Virus record (IMG/VR): IMGVR_UViG_3300029258_003011
Direction: 5' to 3' (one strand)
DNA: 50,432 bases
From: a virus
A program made the position numbers and the translations under genes. Below the pieces are notes generated by a model. The model was not told the DNA's origin, did not search any database, and was given only the letters and a program-made list of their open reading frames with translations. This document shows positions 35,056-44,670 of this stretch, piece after piece (position 1 is the stretch's first letter; every line of letters starts with the position of its first letter).

Positions 35056-37038
35056 CTATAGAAGTTTATCTGGTCCAGAATCTCCTTCCGGTCCCCATCT
35101 AACTGTCCAAATAAGTGCTGTCACTGCTACAAAGAATAAGATTACTCCAGCAAGAACTGGAAACATTCCTGCTAGATTTAATAATCCAACCCCAAGAGCA
35201 GCAGCAGGAACTGCAAATGCAATTAAAGCAGCTGCTGCCAAAATGTATGCAGATACCAATTCCCAATCAGTATCTTTTTTAGTAGAGTGTTTTCTTATTG
35301 AACCAACAACTATTTTCAATGATTCCTGAACTCTTTTCATTGGGTTGTCTTGGTTATGAGCAGTAATTGCACACAAACTTGCCATTATATCAATTGCTGT
35401 ATCTGGATGTTCTTTAGGAAGAGAATTAGATAGAACCCTCTTACTCAACTTGTGATATTTATTAAAATCACTCCCCATTACCTTTTTTCCAAATTTTTCA
35501 ATTACTGTTTGATTTGCAATTGATTTTGGTATGAACTTGGTAACTGCCTTTATTTTACCAATGTCACCTTTCATGGCAGACTTTTTAATGGTGTTTATTT
35601 TATCTTTTACCTGACTTCCTTTCATATTCTTCAAAATATCAGATATGTCTTCATTCAGGGGTTCTATTGACTCTTTTAAAGCAGTGATCACAGGATGTTC
35701 TTCAGTTATATTTGTCTTATATTTATTTATTGCTTGATCTGCCATCCCTTCACCTAGTAGTTTCATAATATTTCCTCTCCTTTTAAAAAGCGGTGCAGCA
35801 GATTTCTTGACATCTTCTAAGGTATCAAATACCTGACCTGCGTCCCTATTAATCCCACTATATAGAAAAGGATATGGAACAACCGAGTATGATCCTCTGA
35901 ATTCCTTAGCGACGAAATAGATTTGTTTATTTACATCGTCAGCGACAATTATAGTGTTCCAACCCATACTAAATAATGAAGAAACCCCTCCAGCACTTTT
36001 GAAAAAATCATCATCTAAATCTGCTCGATTAACAAGTGCAAAGACCCCAGTCCTACTAAATCTAGTTCTATCATATATGATATCTTTCATCGGGTGTTGT
36101 GATAATGTTCCTCTTCCGAACATCCCAAATCCACGCAATTTATCATAAAATATTTTAAATAACCATCTATGAAATTTTCTAGATGTGGATACAATTTTCT
36201 TTTCAAGTTTACTTCTATATCTATCTTTTAATAATAGTTCGGCAAGTGTAGCATCAGACTTTACTGGAAAAGGAACACATTTAATTCCAACCAAAGCAGG
36301 ACCTTCTGGGGTTTCCATTTTTACCCAAGTAGGTTCTAATGATAACGTACCACTTTCTATTCTTCCAAGATCAACTTTAGCAGGACCCGCTCTTTGTCTA
36401 TCTTTTGCCTCATCTCTTGCTCTTTTTATAGTATCCCAAGAAGCTTGCCACATCTTATCTATATAATCTCTTTCTGCTTCATACTCTTTTCGGGCATCTG
36501 CCTGATCTTTTGCGAAGTCTTGTTTTTTATTTTCAATTTCTTCATCTATCTTTCTTTTTTCTTCTGCCGTCGCTGGTTTGATATCTTCTAATCTTTTTAT
36601 TTCTTCTTTATGGGCATCTTCTCTATTTTTTTGTGCCTGTTTTACATCATCCGCTATTTCTTTTTCTCTATTTCTTCTGTCTCTACTGAAATCCGACCAT
36701 ATTTTATCTATTTCTCTTTGTTTCTCTTTTGCATTCAGATCACTTCTTGAATTTACCGCATCCAAAGCTTGTCTTGCTTTATCTTCACGTTGTTGAGCTA
36801 TTACTGCTTCCTTCTTCCTTCTTTCTTCTATTTCTTTCTCGCTCTTTGCTACGCCTCTTATTCCTTCTATTAGATGAACTCTTCCTGCTCTATCAACTTC
36901 ATATTTTTGACGTGTTATCCTCATTACCTGATCTAATCTATTAACCAGAATATATCTCTCAATTGAATGTGCAATACCTGGAAGAATATTTGGATTTACA
37001 GTCTGTGAAGACAAAACTGGATATATAAATACAGTCAT
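35056..37038 (-). CDS. Large coiled-coil protein with C-terminal double transmembrane anchor
   Basis: 660 aa. Long K/E/R/D coiled coil (residues ~60-200). C-terminal 'ILAAAALIAFAVPAAALGVGLLNLAGMFPVLAGVILFFVAVTALIW' forms two TM helices. Confidence 0.45.
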   Translation of the reverse strand: MTVFIYPVLSSQTVNPNILPGIAHSIERYILVNRLDQVMRITRQKYEVDRAGRVHLIEGIRGVAKSEKEIEERRKKEAVIAQQREDKARQALDAVNSRSDLNAKEKQREIDKIWSDFSRDRRNREKEIADDVKQAQKNREDAHKEEIKRLEDIKPATAEEKRKIDEEIENKKQDFAKDQADARKEYEAERDYIDKMWQASWDTIKRARDEAKDRQRAGPAKVDLGRIESGTLSLEPTWVKMETPEGPALVGIKCVPFPVKSDATLAELLLKDRYRSKLEKKIVSTSRKFHRWLFKIFYDKLRGFGMFGRGTLSQHPMKDIIYDRTRFSRTGVFALVNRADLDDDFFKSAGGVSSLFSMGWNTIIVADDVNKQIYFVAKEFRGSYSVVPYPFLYSGINRDAGQVFDTLEDVKKSAAPLFKRRGNIMKLLGEGMADQAINKYKTNITEEHPVITALKESIEPLNEDISDILKNMKGSQVKDKINTIKKSAMKGDIGKIKAVTKFIPKSIANQTVIEKFGKKVMGSDFNKYHKLSKRVLSNSLPKEHPDTAIDIMASLCAITAHNQDNPMKRVQESLKIVVGSIRKHSTKKDTDWELVSAYILAAAALIAFAVPAAALGVGLLNLAGMFPVLAGVILFFVAVTALIWTVRWGPEGDSGPDKLL

Positions 37039-37050
37039 ATCATTTCTCCA

Positions 37051-37995
37051 TTACATAAGAAAAACTGATTTTCTAGGGTCTTTCTTTTTATTAGTTTTAT
37101 CAAAAGGTCTTTTCACTGATTCGATGGGATCCTTCATGCAGAATTCATTTTTATAAAGGCAATATTTACATTGCTCATTATCTGCATTTATAGGATCGGG
37201 AGCTTTTTTCGCGGAGATCGCAAGAAGGAGTTGTGGTCCGTAATTCAAAAATTTATTTGCTAACGCTTGATCGTACGGAATATCAAACGGGATAATCTTC
37301 TTAAGATGTCTTATAATATAAACAACAGTTATTGTATCAATCGAATACTCATATTCTGTGTTTAAAATATAAGCATAAACTAATCCCTGATGATAATGAG
37401 CTTTGATATATTGATTTTTAAATTTCTTATCGTCGATGCTTTTTAATTCTACAACACAATTATCTTTTATTGCATCGACTCTACCTTTAACCTTAAACTT
37501 TTCACTTACAATAGTTTTTTCGGTATCGGTAAAATCATAGAGTCCTTGAATCGCATCGTGGATTCGATCCCCCACCTTATTTATTAAATAGAGATAAGAG
37601 AAATTGTACATTTTGTTTATATCAACGGGAAATTTCATTCTGACATAATATGCCCGTCTAAGGCATCCAAGCAACTCAGTTACTGAGATAAATGGGCGCT
37701 CATATGATTGAATCTTTTTGTGCTCATCTACTAATTTCATTCTCATTAAAGATTCAAACCTTGAAACATCAAATCCTTTTGAGAATGGAGTATCATGATA
37801 AAGAGGGTTGTCAACAGGAATATCTTTATATCTTTTTTTAAGAGCTGTAATGCTGTCAATCTGGTCGACTGTACAGTCTTCGATAATATTTTTTACATTC
37901 TTTGTAGCAACCCTTTTATCTTTTTGTTTAGTGGGGCGCTGATTTTCTAAGTAATCAACTAATCCTGAATACTCTTTAGTCAGAGATGACATCAT
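37051..37995 (-). CDS. PD-(D/E)xK nuclease, Cas4/RecB-like exonuclease with C-terminal Cys cluster
   Basis: 'GRVDAIKDNCVVELKS' (D...ExK core), 'HYHQGLVYAY' (QxxxY motif), C-terminal 'CKYCLYKNEFC' Fe-S-type Cys cluster. Confidence 0.65.
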   Translation of the reverse strand: MMSSLTKEYSGLVDYLENQRPTKQKDKRVATKNVKNIIEDCTVDQIDSITALKKRYKDIPVDNPLYHDTPFSKGFDVSRFESLMRMKLVDEHKKIQSYERPFISVTELLGCLRRAYYVRMKFPVDINKMYNFSYLYLINKVGDRIHDAIQGLYDFTDTEKTIVSEKFKVKGRVDAIKDNCVVELKSIDDKKFKNQYIKAHYHQGLVYAYILNTEYEYSIDTITVVYIIRHLKKIIPFDIPYDQALANKFLNYGPQLLLAISAKKAPDPINADNEQCKYCLYKNEFCMKDPIESVKRPFDKTNKKKDPRKSVFLM

Positions 37996-38554
37996 TGATA
38001 TTTAGAATGTCGATTGCTGAATCAACAAGATTTTCTCTCAGAATTTTGTAAGCATCTTCGACAATCTGACCTTCCCACTCATTCATTTTTGCGGTTTGCT
38101 CAGATGTACTTTCAGCAAGAGTTCTTGCGATCAAAAGATTGTCAATTGCCAAACTGAATGCTTTTGTTCTGATTTGCTCTTTTACGACCTCTTCCATTAC
38201 ACCTTCTGGGTTATTTGAGAGCTCTTCTTTGACTACACTCTTGATGTCTTTTCGACCTTTTTCAGTAACAACTAACTTCTTACAATTTTCTCTAGCAATT
38301 TTAGCACTAGATTTTGCCATCTCATTTAGCTGTTTGCTATCTACTGAATCGAATATTGGTGCAGGAGTGTGATCAATCAATTTATACATCTCAACCATGA
38401 TTGACATTAGTGCCCCTTTGGTATTCATATAATCCTCTATTAAGGCGGGGCAGCAACCTTTCATTTTAGTTACTGACTTACCGAATAGAACGTAGTCCAT
38501 GGCATAAAAGTTTTCAAGTACTCTTATTTTTCCATCTTTACTTAACATTGTCAT
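37976..38554 (-). CDS. Hypothetical protein
   Basis: 192-aa ORF overlapping the upstream gene by 20 nt. No motif. Confidence 0.4.
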   Translation of the reverse strand: MTMLSKDGKIRVLENFYAMDYVLFGKSVTKMKGCCPALIEDYMNTKGALMSIMVEMYKLIDHTPAPIFDSVDSKQLNEMAKSSAKIARENCKKLVVTEKGRKDIKSVVKEELSNNPEGVMEEVVKEQIRTKAFSLAIDNLLIARTLAESTSEQTAKMNEWEGQIVEDAYKILRENLVDSAIDILNINDVISD

Positions 38555-38560
38555 TTCCTC

Positions 38561-38851
38561 CTAATAAGAAAAATTACTTTCCTCGTCTTCGAGAATTTCA
38601 AGAGATATTCTTTTATTATCTCCAGAAAAATTTGTGTTCTTTATTGCTAACACCAAAACTTTAAGCGATTCTATGCTACGCCCTCTCTTCCCGATTACTT
38701 TTCCGCAATCAGATTTCGCAACCTTCACTTGAATTATTACCGATTTTGTAGATACTGATGAAAATACCTGTACTTCATCTGGATTATCTACAAGCTTCTT
38801 TACTGTGTATTCTACATATTCTCTTAAAAATTCAGCTATGCTAATGCTCAT
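38561..38851 (-). CDS. KH-domain RNA-binding protein (KhpA/YlqC-like)
   Basis: GxxG loop 'VIGKRGRSIESLKVLV' in a 96-aa protein. SD AGGAGGG. Confidence 0.6.
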   Translation of the reverse strand: MSISIAEFLREYVEYTVKKLVDNPDEVQVFSSVSTKSVIIQVKVAKSDCGKVIGKRGRSIESLKVLVLAIKNTNFSGDNKRISLEILEDEESNFSY

Positions 38852-38950
38852 CTTTTCCCTCCTATAACATAATCAGACTCACTTTTTCAGTTTAAGTGCA
38901 TATAAATTTATAGTATGTTCTTAATTGAGCATTACTTTAGCATCCAACTT

Positions 38951-40159
38951 TTATTCAATTACAGGATTATATTTTTGAATAATCTCAACGTCGATTGCTT
39001 CTTTTACTGCTTTATCCCATTCTTCTTTGAACTTAGCATCTTCGTTATAGAGATTTTCAGCATCCTTAGTTCTGAATTTTTTATCAGGATAAGATTTCAA
39101 ATAATTCCAAGCTCCTGATTGAAGTCTTTTATTCTTTACTAAGAAGTTATAGTTAGTTCTAAAATTATTGAATCCTGTAACAAAAGAACCAACTAGTTCT
39201 ATTTCAACATTTGGAGGAAATAACTTATTCTTTACTGTTCTAACTGAAGTCATTATTCCTTCAAATCCTATTTTTTCTGGATCCAATGCACCCTTTGCTT
39301 TCATTTCCAAAAGTGTAAAAGCATTAAATTTTAATACATTTCCTCCTGGCATTGATTTTCCAGTTGACATAAAACGAAGTTCTTTGGGTGGGGCAAATTG
39401 ACCAATATTTAATTGATCCCTTAGTTGGTTTACAGCAATCCATGCAATATTATGAGTTGCACATTTTGCCACATACTTCGGAACAAGAATAGAAAGAAGT
39501 CTTGCTTTATATCCAATTACAGAATTGATATCTTCTGCTTCTCTTTCTTTTAAAGATAGAGTATTTGCAATTGAATCCCATACTACTGCAGATGGTTGTG
39601 TCATCCCTTTTTCTGCTTTAAATACACACATAGTCTCTAAAAATTTAAAGACCTTTTCAACAGTAACATCTGTAATTGGTTTTATTTTTGGATTTCTCAC
39701 TCCAAGATTTGATAACCTAAGGGATGTTGTAGCTTCTTCGGAATCCAAAAATGCTGCTAACATTTGAGGATATTGTTTTTGACCAGCACCAATTGATTGC
39801 ATTGCTATCATTGATTTTCCGCTTCCTGGTTGTCCTACAATAATACTCAGACCACCAACTACAAATCCTCCGCCCATTATAGCATCGAGTAAATCAATAC
39901 CTGTTGATACTGTAAGCTTTTCTCCAATATCTTCTATAATGTCTGCTTTTTGGACAAGAAATTCTCCGAACTCTTTATAAAGAGCCATAGTTTCTTTGTC
40001 GACTCCGTCAGAATCTTCAACAACTAATGGTTTTTCTTCTGGAGTTAGACTTTCAATATCTTTTGTTGGTCCATCATTCAATTTAATGCTGTCCATTATT
40101 TCTTTAGCATCAGGCACTTCGGCGGTTTCCAACAATTCTTCTTTCTTCTCTTCGTTCAT
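38951..40159 (-). CDS. RecA/UvsX-family recombinase
   Basis: Walker A 'GQPGSGKS'. 'IAWIAVNQLRDQLNIGQFAPPKE...GGNVLKFNAFTLLEMK' parallels RecA '[35 protein letters not shown]'. 402 aa. Confidence 0.7.
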   Translation of the reverse strand: MNEEKKEELLETAEVPDAKEIMDSIKLNDGPTKDIESLTPEEKPLVVEDSDGVDKETMALYKEFGEFLVQKADIIEDIGEKLTVSTGIDLLDAIMGGGFVVGGLSIIVGQPGSGKSMIAMQSIGAGQKQYPQMLAAFLDSEEATTSLRLSNLGVRNPKIKPITDVTVEKVFKFLETMCVFKAEKGMTQPSAVVWDSIANTLSLKEREAEDINSVIGYKARLLSILVPKYVAKCATHNIAWIAVNQLRDQLNIGQFAPPKELRFMSTGKSMPGGNVLKFNAFTLLEMKAKGALDPEKIGFEGIMTSVRTVKNKLFPPNVEIELVGSFVTGFNNFRTNYNFLVKNKRLQSGAWNYLKSYPDKKFRTKDAENLYNEDAKFKEEWDKAVKEAIDVEIIQKYNPVIE

Positions 40160-40178
40160 TTTACTCTCCCAATATTCG

Positions 40179-40559
40179 TTAATGTTGCACTGATTCTTTT
40201 ATATCGTCGCTTTTCTTTTGAAACCCTTCTATCTTTTTCGCAAGATCTCTTACATTAATTATTCCTTCTATGCCGTCGTCTCCATCATCTTTCTCAAGTT
40301 TTCTTCTTATTTCAATCTCATCTTTAAGAGTCTTGCTTATTTCTTTTCTCATATCAAGAAGAGCTTTAAACAGTTCGGTAGTTGATTTAACTTTTTCTTC
40401 AAAAAATCTCATGTATCTTTTATCAAGATTTTCTGGGAACAACGAGTCGATTTTTACCTTGATTTTTTCAAGATCTTCAATCATTGATTTGATTGCTTTT
40501 CTGTGTTCGCTAAATTCATCAAGAAGATCTGAGACTATTTGTGCGTTTTCAAGATCCAT
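40179..40559 (-). CDS. Hypothetical coiled-coil protein
   Basis: 126 aa, E/K-rich. Confidence 0.4.
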   Translation of the reverse strand: MDLENAQIVSDLLDEFSEHRKAIKSMIEDLEKIKVKIDSLFPENLDKRYMRFFEEKVKSTTELFKALLDMRKEISKTLKDEIEIRRKLEKDDGDDGIEGIINVRDLAKKIEGFQKKSDDIKESVQH

Positions 40560-40564
40560 TTTAT

Positions 40565-40771
40565 TTATGTTCCTTCAGTAAGAACTTGCATCTTACCTGT
40601 TTTATCCAAAGGACTTCTTACATGACCTGTTTCATATACAGTAGTTCTGTCAGCAAATTCACAGGTAAACTTTCCGGGTCTTGATGTCATTGCGCCATGA
40701 CATGAATCATTTGGATTGAATTTACAATTTCTTGCATGAGGACATTGTTCATTTGTTTCTAAAATTAACAT
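40565..40771 (-). CDS. Hypothetical small Cys/His-containing protein
   Basis: 68 aa, 'CPHARNC...CHG...C' possible Zn-binding. Confidence 0.3.
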   Translation of the reverse strand: MLILETNEQCPHARNCKFNPNDSCHGAMTSRPGKFTCEFADRTTVYETGHVRSPLDKTGKMQVLTEGT

Positions 40772-41269
40772 TTATTTTATCTCCTCTCCTTCTGCATTAA
40801 AGAATTCAATTTTATCAAACACTTCGTTGAAAACCGTATCTACTAATAATGTTTCCAATTGTTCATGCATCCTATCTATAACATGTTCTGGAAACTTCCC
40901 TTTAGATGTTTCTCTTCTCCTTTTACATTCTTCAAGAGAAGTGGTCATGACCATAGCTCTGATGTTATATCCATATTCTTGAGCTATAGATGACCACATT
41001 TTTACTGTATTGATATTAGTATTTGTTTCATCAACGACAATGTTTAATCCTCGTATCATATGTGCTCTAACCATAGTTCTTGCTATAGCGCCTATATGAG
41101 GTTCAACAAGATGATTAAAATCTGATCCAAATGCCAATCGAATATCATCTCTGCTTATAATATGATACCCATAAACACCTTCATTAAAACCTTTGCCAAT
41201 AATATAATCATCGACAAATGTTGATTTACCGCTTCCTGGCAGACCTACCATTATTATGAGTTCGGTCAT
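40772..41269 (-). CDS. Polynucleotide 5'-kinase domain protein (T4 Pnk kinase-domain-like, no phosphatase domain)
   Basis: 'IIMVGLPGSGKSTFVDDYI' and 'ISRDDIRLAF' align with T4 Pnk 'ILTIGCPGSGKSTWAREFI' and 'INRDDYRQSI'. 'NIVVDETNTNINTVKMWSSIAQEYGYNIRAMVM' aligns with '[33 protein letters not shown]'. Confidence 0.7.
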   Translation of the reverse strand: MTELIIMVGLPGSGKSTFVDDYIIGKGFNEGVYGYHIISRDDIRLAFGSDFNHLVEPHIGAIARTMVRAHMIRGLNIVVDETNTNINTVKMWSSIAQEYGYNIRAMVMTTSLEECKRRRETSKGKFPEHVIDRMHEQLETLLVDTVFNEVFDKIEFFNAEGEEIK

Positions 41270-43002
41270 ATTTCACAGCTCCCCGATGCACATTGTACAT
41301 CTTCACTTGATAAAAAATTAGTTGTTTCGTTTTCTTTTAAATATTCCCTTACTTCTTCTTCTGTTGCTTGATTTAGAGGTTGCCCTTCTCTACAACCATC
41401 TCTATATACTGTAACTCCCTTTAGATCATAGATATATTCAAGCAAAAGTTTGCTCAAGTCATCTGTGGTAGACTCTCTTGGCATATTTATAGTTTTAGAT
41501 ACACTTCCATCAACATACTTTTGAACGGCACATTGAATTTCAAAGTGGTCTTTTGTTTGTAAATCAAAACTATCTACTAACCAATCAGGAACTTCATCTC
41601 CAGATCTCAAGCATTTTTCATATACAGGATGTACATACATTCGATCACTAACTCTATCTCTTCTCATATATGCTTTAGAGAATAATGGTTCAAGTCCACT
41701 GCAACAATCAGCAACCAAAGATATAGTTCCTGTGGGAGCAATTGCCATCAATGTAGTATTTCTAATTCCATGCCTCTTAATATCCATTCTTAAAGAAGCA
41801 GGAAGTTTTCTTATAAATGATGCCTTAGAATAAGGAATTGGATCGAATGCCGGGAATGCACCCTTTTCCATTGCTATTTCAATAGATGCTGAATATGCAA
41901 CATCTCTTATAAATCTCATTAACTTTTCAAGTTCTTGAACAGATTTTTCTGAACCATATCTGAGACCTTTGGCAAAGAAATAATCAGCAACACCAAGAAC
42001 TCCAATCCCTACTCTTCTTGATCTGTGAGCATTGATATCTATTTGCTTTATGCTATATTTATTAGACTCAATAATATTGTCCAAAAATCTAACTGCAAGT
42101 CTTACTGAGTTTTCTAGTTTTTTCCAGTTGGTATTAACACTTCCTGTGATAAAATTCGGTAGTACAAACGAACCGAGATTACAAACACCATACGGTTCAA
42201 GAGTTGTTTCTCCACAAGGATTTGTGCCAGTTACTGGAGCAAAGTAATATGAATTATTCTTTTGAAAGTTATTCCAATTCAATAATCCAGGTTCTGCATG
42301 GTTAATCATATTTTCAACAATTTTATCCCATATGATTCTTGCAGGAACTTTTCCACAACTCTTTTCTCTAAATTTGAATTCCCATTCGGAATCTCTTTCT
42401 ACTGCCATTAAAAAATCTTCATTTATAGCAACAGAAATATTAAAACATGATAACTTCCCATGGATAATTTTAGCATCAATAAAATCCATTATCTCTGGAT
42501 GGGATACTTCAACTGTTGCTATTGCTGCCGCCCTTCTTCCTCCCCCACTTTCAATAGTTCTTGCAGCACCATCAGTCGCTTCTATAAAACTTACCAGTCC
42601 GGAAGATTTTCCACCTTTTCCAAGGATGTCAGCATTCTTTGGTCGGAGTGGACTAAAGTTTACTCCAACTCCTCCGCCATCAGACCATAAAATTAAACTG
42701 TCCTTAATTAGTTGACCGATTTCTTCAATTGAATCTCCTACTGGTAAATGATAACAATTGAATAACGATCCTCTTGATTTTCCACTGTTTCTTAAAATTC
42801 TTCCACCAGGCATAAAATCTTGATTATAAATAAGCTCATGAAATGCATCTCTATATTTTGCCTGGTGTGTGGTTTCTGGCGATGAACCTGCAATTGCTGA
42901 TCTCAATGTACAGTCGTACCATCCTTCTTCAGGATGTAGAAAATATCTATCAGTTGCAATTTCTTCAGAGCTCTTTGATAACGCTTTCTTTTTGTTTGTC
43001 AT
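41266..43002 (-). CDS. Ribonucleotide reductase catalytic subunit (NxCxE active site; likely class II NrdJ-like, no nrdB nearby)
   Basis: Active-site 'TGTNPCGETTLEPYGVCNLGS' and C-terminal redox cysteines. 578 aa without an adjacent beta subunit gene. Confidence 0.8.
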   Translation of the reverse strand: MTNKKKALSKSSEEIATDRYFLHPEEGWYDCTLRSAIAGSSPETTHQAKYRDAFHELIYNQDFMPGGRILRNSGKSRGSLFNCYHLPVGDSIEEIGQLIKDSLILWSDGGGVGVNFSPLRPKNADILGKGGKSSGLVSFIEATDGAARTIESGGGRRAAAIATVEVSHPEIMDFIDAKIIHGKLSCFNISVAINEDFLMAVERDSEWEFKFREKSCGKVPARIIWDKIVENMINHAEPGLLNWNNFQKNNSYYFAPVTGTNPCGETTLEPYGVCNLGSFVLPNFITGSVNTNWKKLENSVRLAVRFLDNIIESNKYSIKQIDINAHRSRRVGIGVLGVADYFFAKGLRYGSEKSVQELEKLMRFIRDVAYSASIEIAMEKGAFPAFDPIPYSKASFIRKLPASLRMDIKRHGIRNTTLMAIAPTGTISLVADCCSGLEPLFSKAYMRRDRVSDRMYVHPVYEKCLRSGDEVPDWLVDSFDLQTKDHFEIQCAVQKYVDGSVSKTINMPRESTTDDLSKLLLEYIYDLKGVTVYRDGCREGQPLNQATEEEVREYLKENETTNFLSSEDVQCASGSCEI

Positions 43003-43031
43003 AACCTACCCTCCAAGATTCATAATTCAAT

Positions 43032-43439
43032 CTATTGCACTTTCCCTTTGAATAGAAAATATTCTGTGATCTTAGTGCCTTTCATTTTAGTCACTTTAGT
43101 GGATACAAAGTGATACAATCCTTTTATCTTTCTGCCGTTGAAACGTACCACCATATGTGCTGTTGAATATTTTTCAATGGTACATGCTCCATCGTCAAAT
43201 TTAACCAATTTTCCAGCACCATAACCTGTATTTATCACTCCTATAAATAATGCTTCCTCTTCTGAATGATCATGGGTTTTTACTGCCAGTACTTTTGGTC
43301 CTGCCTCAAGTGGTACTCCTTTACGAACTGCAAAGGAATCCCATATTTTACTATTTGGTTTTCTAAATCTTATATCTTGATGCTTCCCTGCTCTTTTAGC
43401 ATAATGGTCAACAACTATGAATTTTGATTTGCTTTGCAT
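43032..43439 (-). CDS. LigD-type 3'-phosphoesterase (PE) domain protein
   Basis: 'FIVVDHYAKRAGKHQDIRFRKP...WDSFAVRKGVP' and 'VLAVKTHDHSEE' / 'YGAGKLVKFDDG' match the LigD PE consensus (FVVQKHDATRLHYDFRLE...WAVPKGPS...VEDHPLEY...YGAGTV). Confidence 0.6.
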   Translation of the reverse strand: MQSKSKFIVVDHYAKRAGKHQDIRFRKPNSKIWDSFAVRKGVPLEAGPKVLAVKTHDHSEEEALFIGVINTGYGAGKLVKFDDGACTIEKYSTAHMVVRFNGRKIKGLYHFVSTKVTKMKGTKITEYFLFKGKVQ

Positions 43440-43920
43440 TTTGAAAATCCTCTAACGCCCATCGTGCCAAACAATAAGCGTCACATATATTATCATCGTC
43501 AAAGTCAAGATCCCATTTACATTTAGCAACTTTCATCATTAATTTTTTATCCGCAAAACCATCTGTTGTATGCCATTTTTTAAGTGCGGTGGGAGCTTTA
43601 ACTTCAAAAGGAACGTCGTTTTTGAACAAATGTGTCCTTAACATATATAACAACCCAACTCTTTCCCATAATGAAGTGCTTTTTGCCATATGAGATAAAT
43701 CTTCAATATACATTAAATCCATATTGAAAATATTAGCAATATACTTTGATTGGTCATAAATATCAAGAAGTCGTTGTTCAATATTTATATAACATTCTGC
43801 GTGAGTTGATAAAAGATTTTGTTCAACTATTTTACCAGTTTGATTTATTATTACTATTCCAAATCCTGTTAATGACGGATCCACCCCAACATAAAATCTC
43901 TCTTCTTCATAATCAAACAT
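43408..43920 (-). CDS. RuvC-like Holliday junction resolvase
   Basis: 'YVGVDPSLTGFGIVII' (RuvC motif I with catalytic Asp) and C-terminal 'DAYCLARWAL' (catalytic Asp motif). Confidence 0.7.
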   Translation of the reverse strand: MFDYEEERFYVGVDPSLTGFGIVIINQTGKIVEQNLLSTHAECYINIEQRLLDIYDQSKYIANIFNMDLMYIEDLSHMAKSTSLWERVGLLYMLRTHLFKNDVPFEVKAPTALKKWHTTDGFADKKLMMKVAKCKWDLDFDDDNICDAYCLARWALEDFQNAKQIKIHSC

Positions 43921-43936
43921 GTAAATTCCTTTTCGC

Positions 43937-44656
43937 CTAACCGTGATCTATAATAATATTCGGATATGTTCCTTGTGTAAGTTTTTCTATTATTTCTCTC
44001 TTCTTCTCTTTTCCTTCTTCAAGAATTTCTGCACTGAGAGGAATTTCTCCAAATGGAGTTCTTAATGTCCCATCTCCATATTTCTTTCTTATTCTTCCTA
44101 GTACAATCATCATATCAGCGAGTGCCATTTCACAGAAAAATACTTGAAATTCATTTGGGATTCCTCTGAAATCCGGCGGTTGTTGTCTTTCATACTCAAC
44201 AGTACAACCTTGAACATCGGATGGAACTGGAGAGATTCTTACAATATTTGGATGTTTAAATTCAAAAGTTTGGTCAAATGATGAAAACATCATTTGGTCT
44301 GCTGCCATTGATTGAGCAAGTGCCCAGTTTTTTAACTCTCCATGTGACCAAACACCATAAGGTTGATGACCATGAAACATCCATTTAGAGTGATCAAAAT
44401 ATATTTCTACTACAGTAAGAATTTCTAAATTTTGAGGATCTTGGATATAATATTCATTTTGTCTTCCAGGAACCTTGTAAATAGAATTATTAAAATCCAA
44501 ATGAATCTTCTTTTTTTCAGGGATAAACTGAGAAAACTCACGAAGCGTAAAATCTTTAATATGCTCCATAATTTCAGTATCTTCCAATTCAAGTTGTTGA
44601 AATGGAAATCCTAAATGGCTCTTAACATATTTAAGAACTCTTGTGGCATTTAACAT
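43937..44656 (-). CDS. Hypothetical protein
   Basis: 239-aa ORF, no motif recognised. Confidence 0.4.
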   Translation of the reverse strand: MLNATRVLKYVKSHLGFPFQQLELEDTEIMEHIKDFTLREFSQFIPEKKKIHLDFNNSIYKVPGRQNEYYIQDPQNLEILTVVEIYFDHSKWMFHGHQPYGVWSHGELKNWALAQSMAADQMMFSSFDQTFEFKHPNIVRISPVPSDVQGCTVEYERQQPPDFRGIPNEFQVFFCEMALADMMIVLGRIRKKYGDGTLRTPFGEIPLSAEILEEGKEKKREIIEKLTQGTYPNIIIDHG

Positions 44657-44670
44657 ACTTTCCTCCTATG

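Noticed and set aside
38900-38930. T4-type late promoter (TATAAATA)
   Set aside because: Only near-matches exist: the TATAAATTTATA palindrome here and TATAAATC upstream of 50254. No exact TATAAATA was found on the coding strand. The phage's own RNAP makes T4-style promoter inference unsafe.
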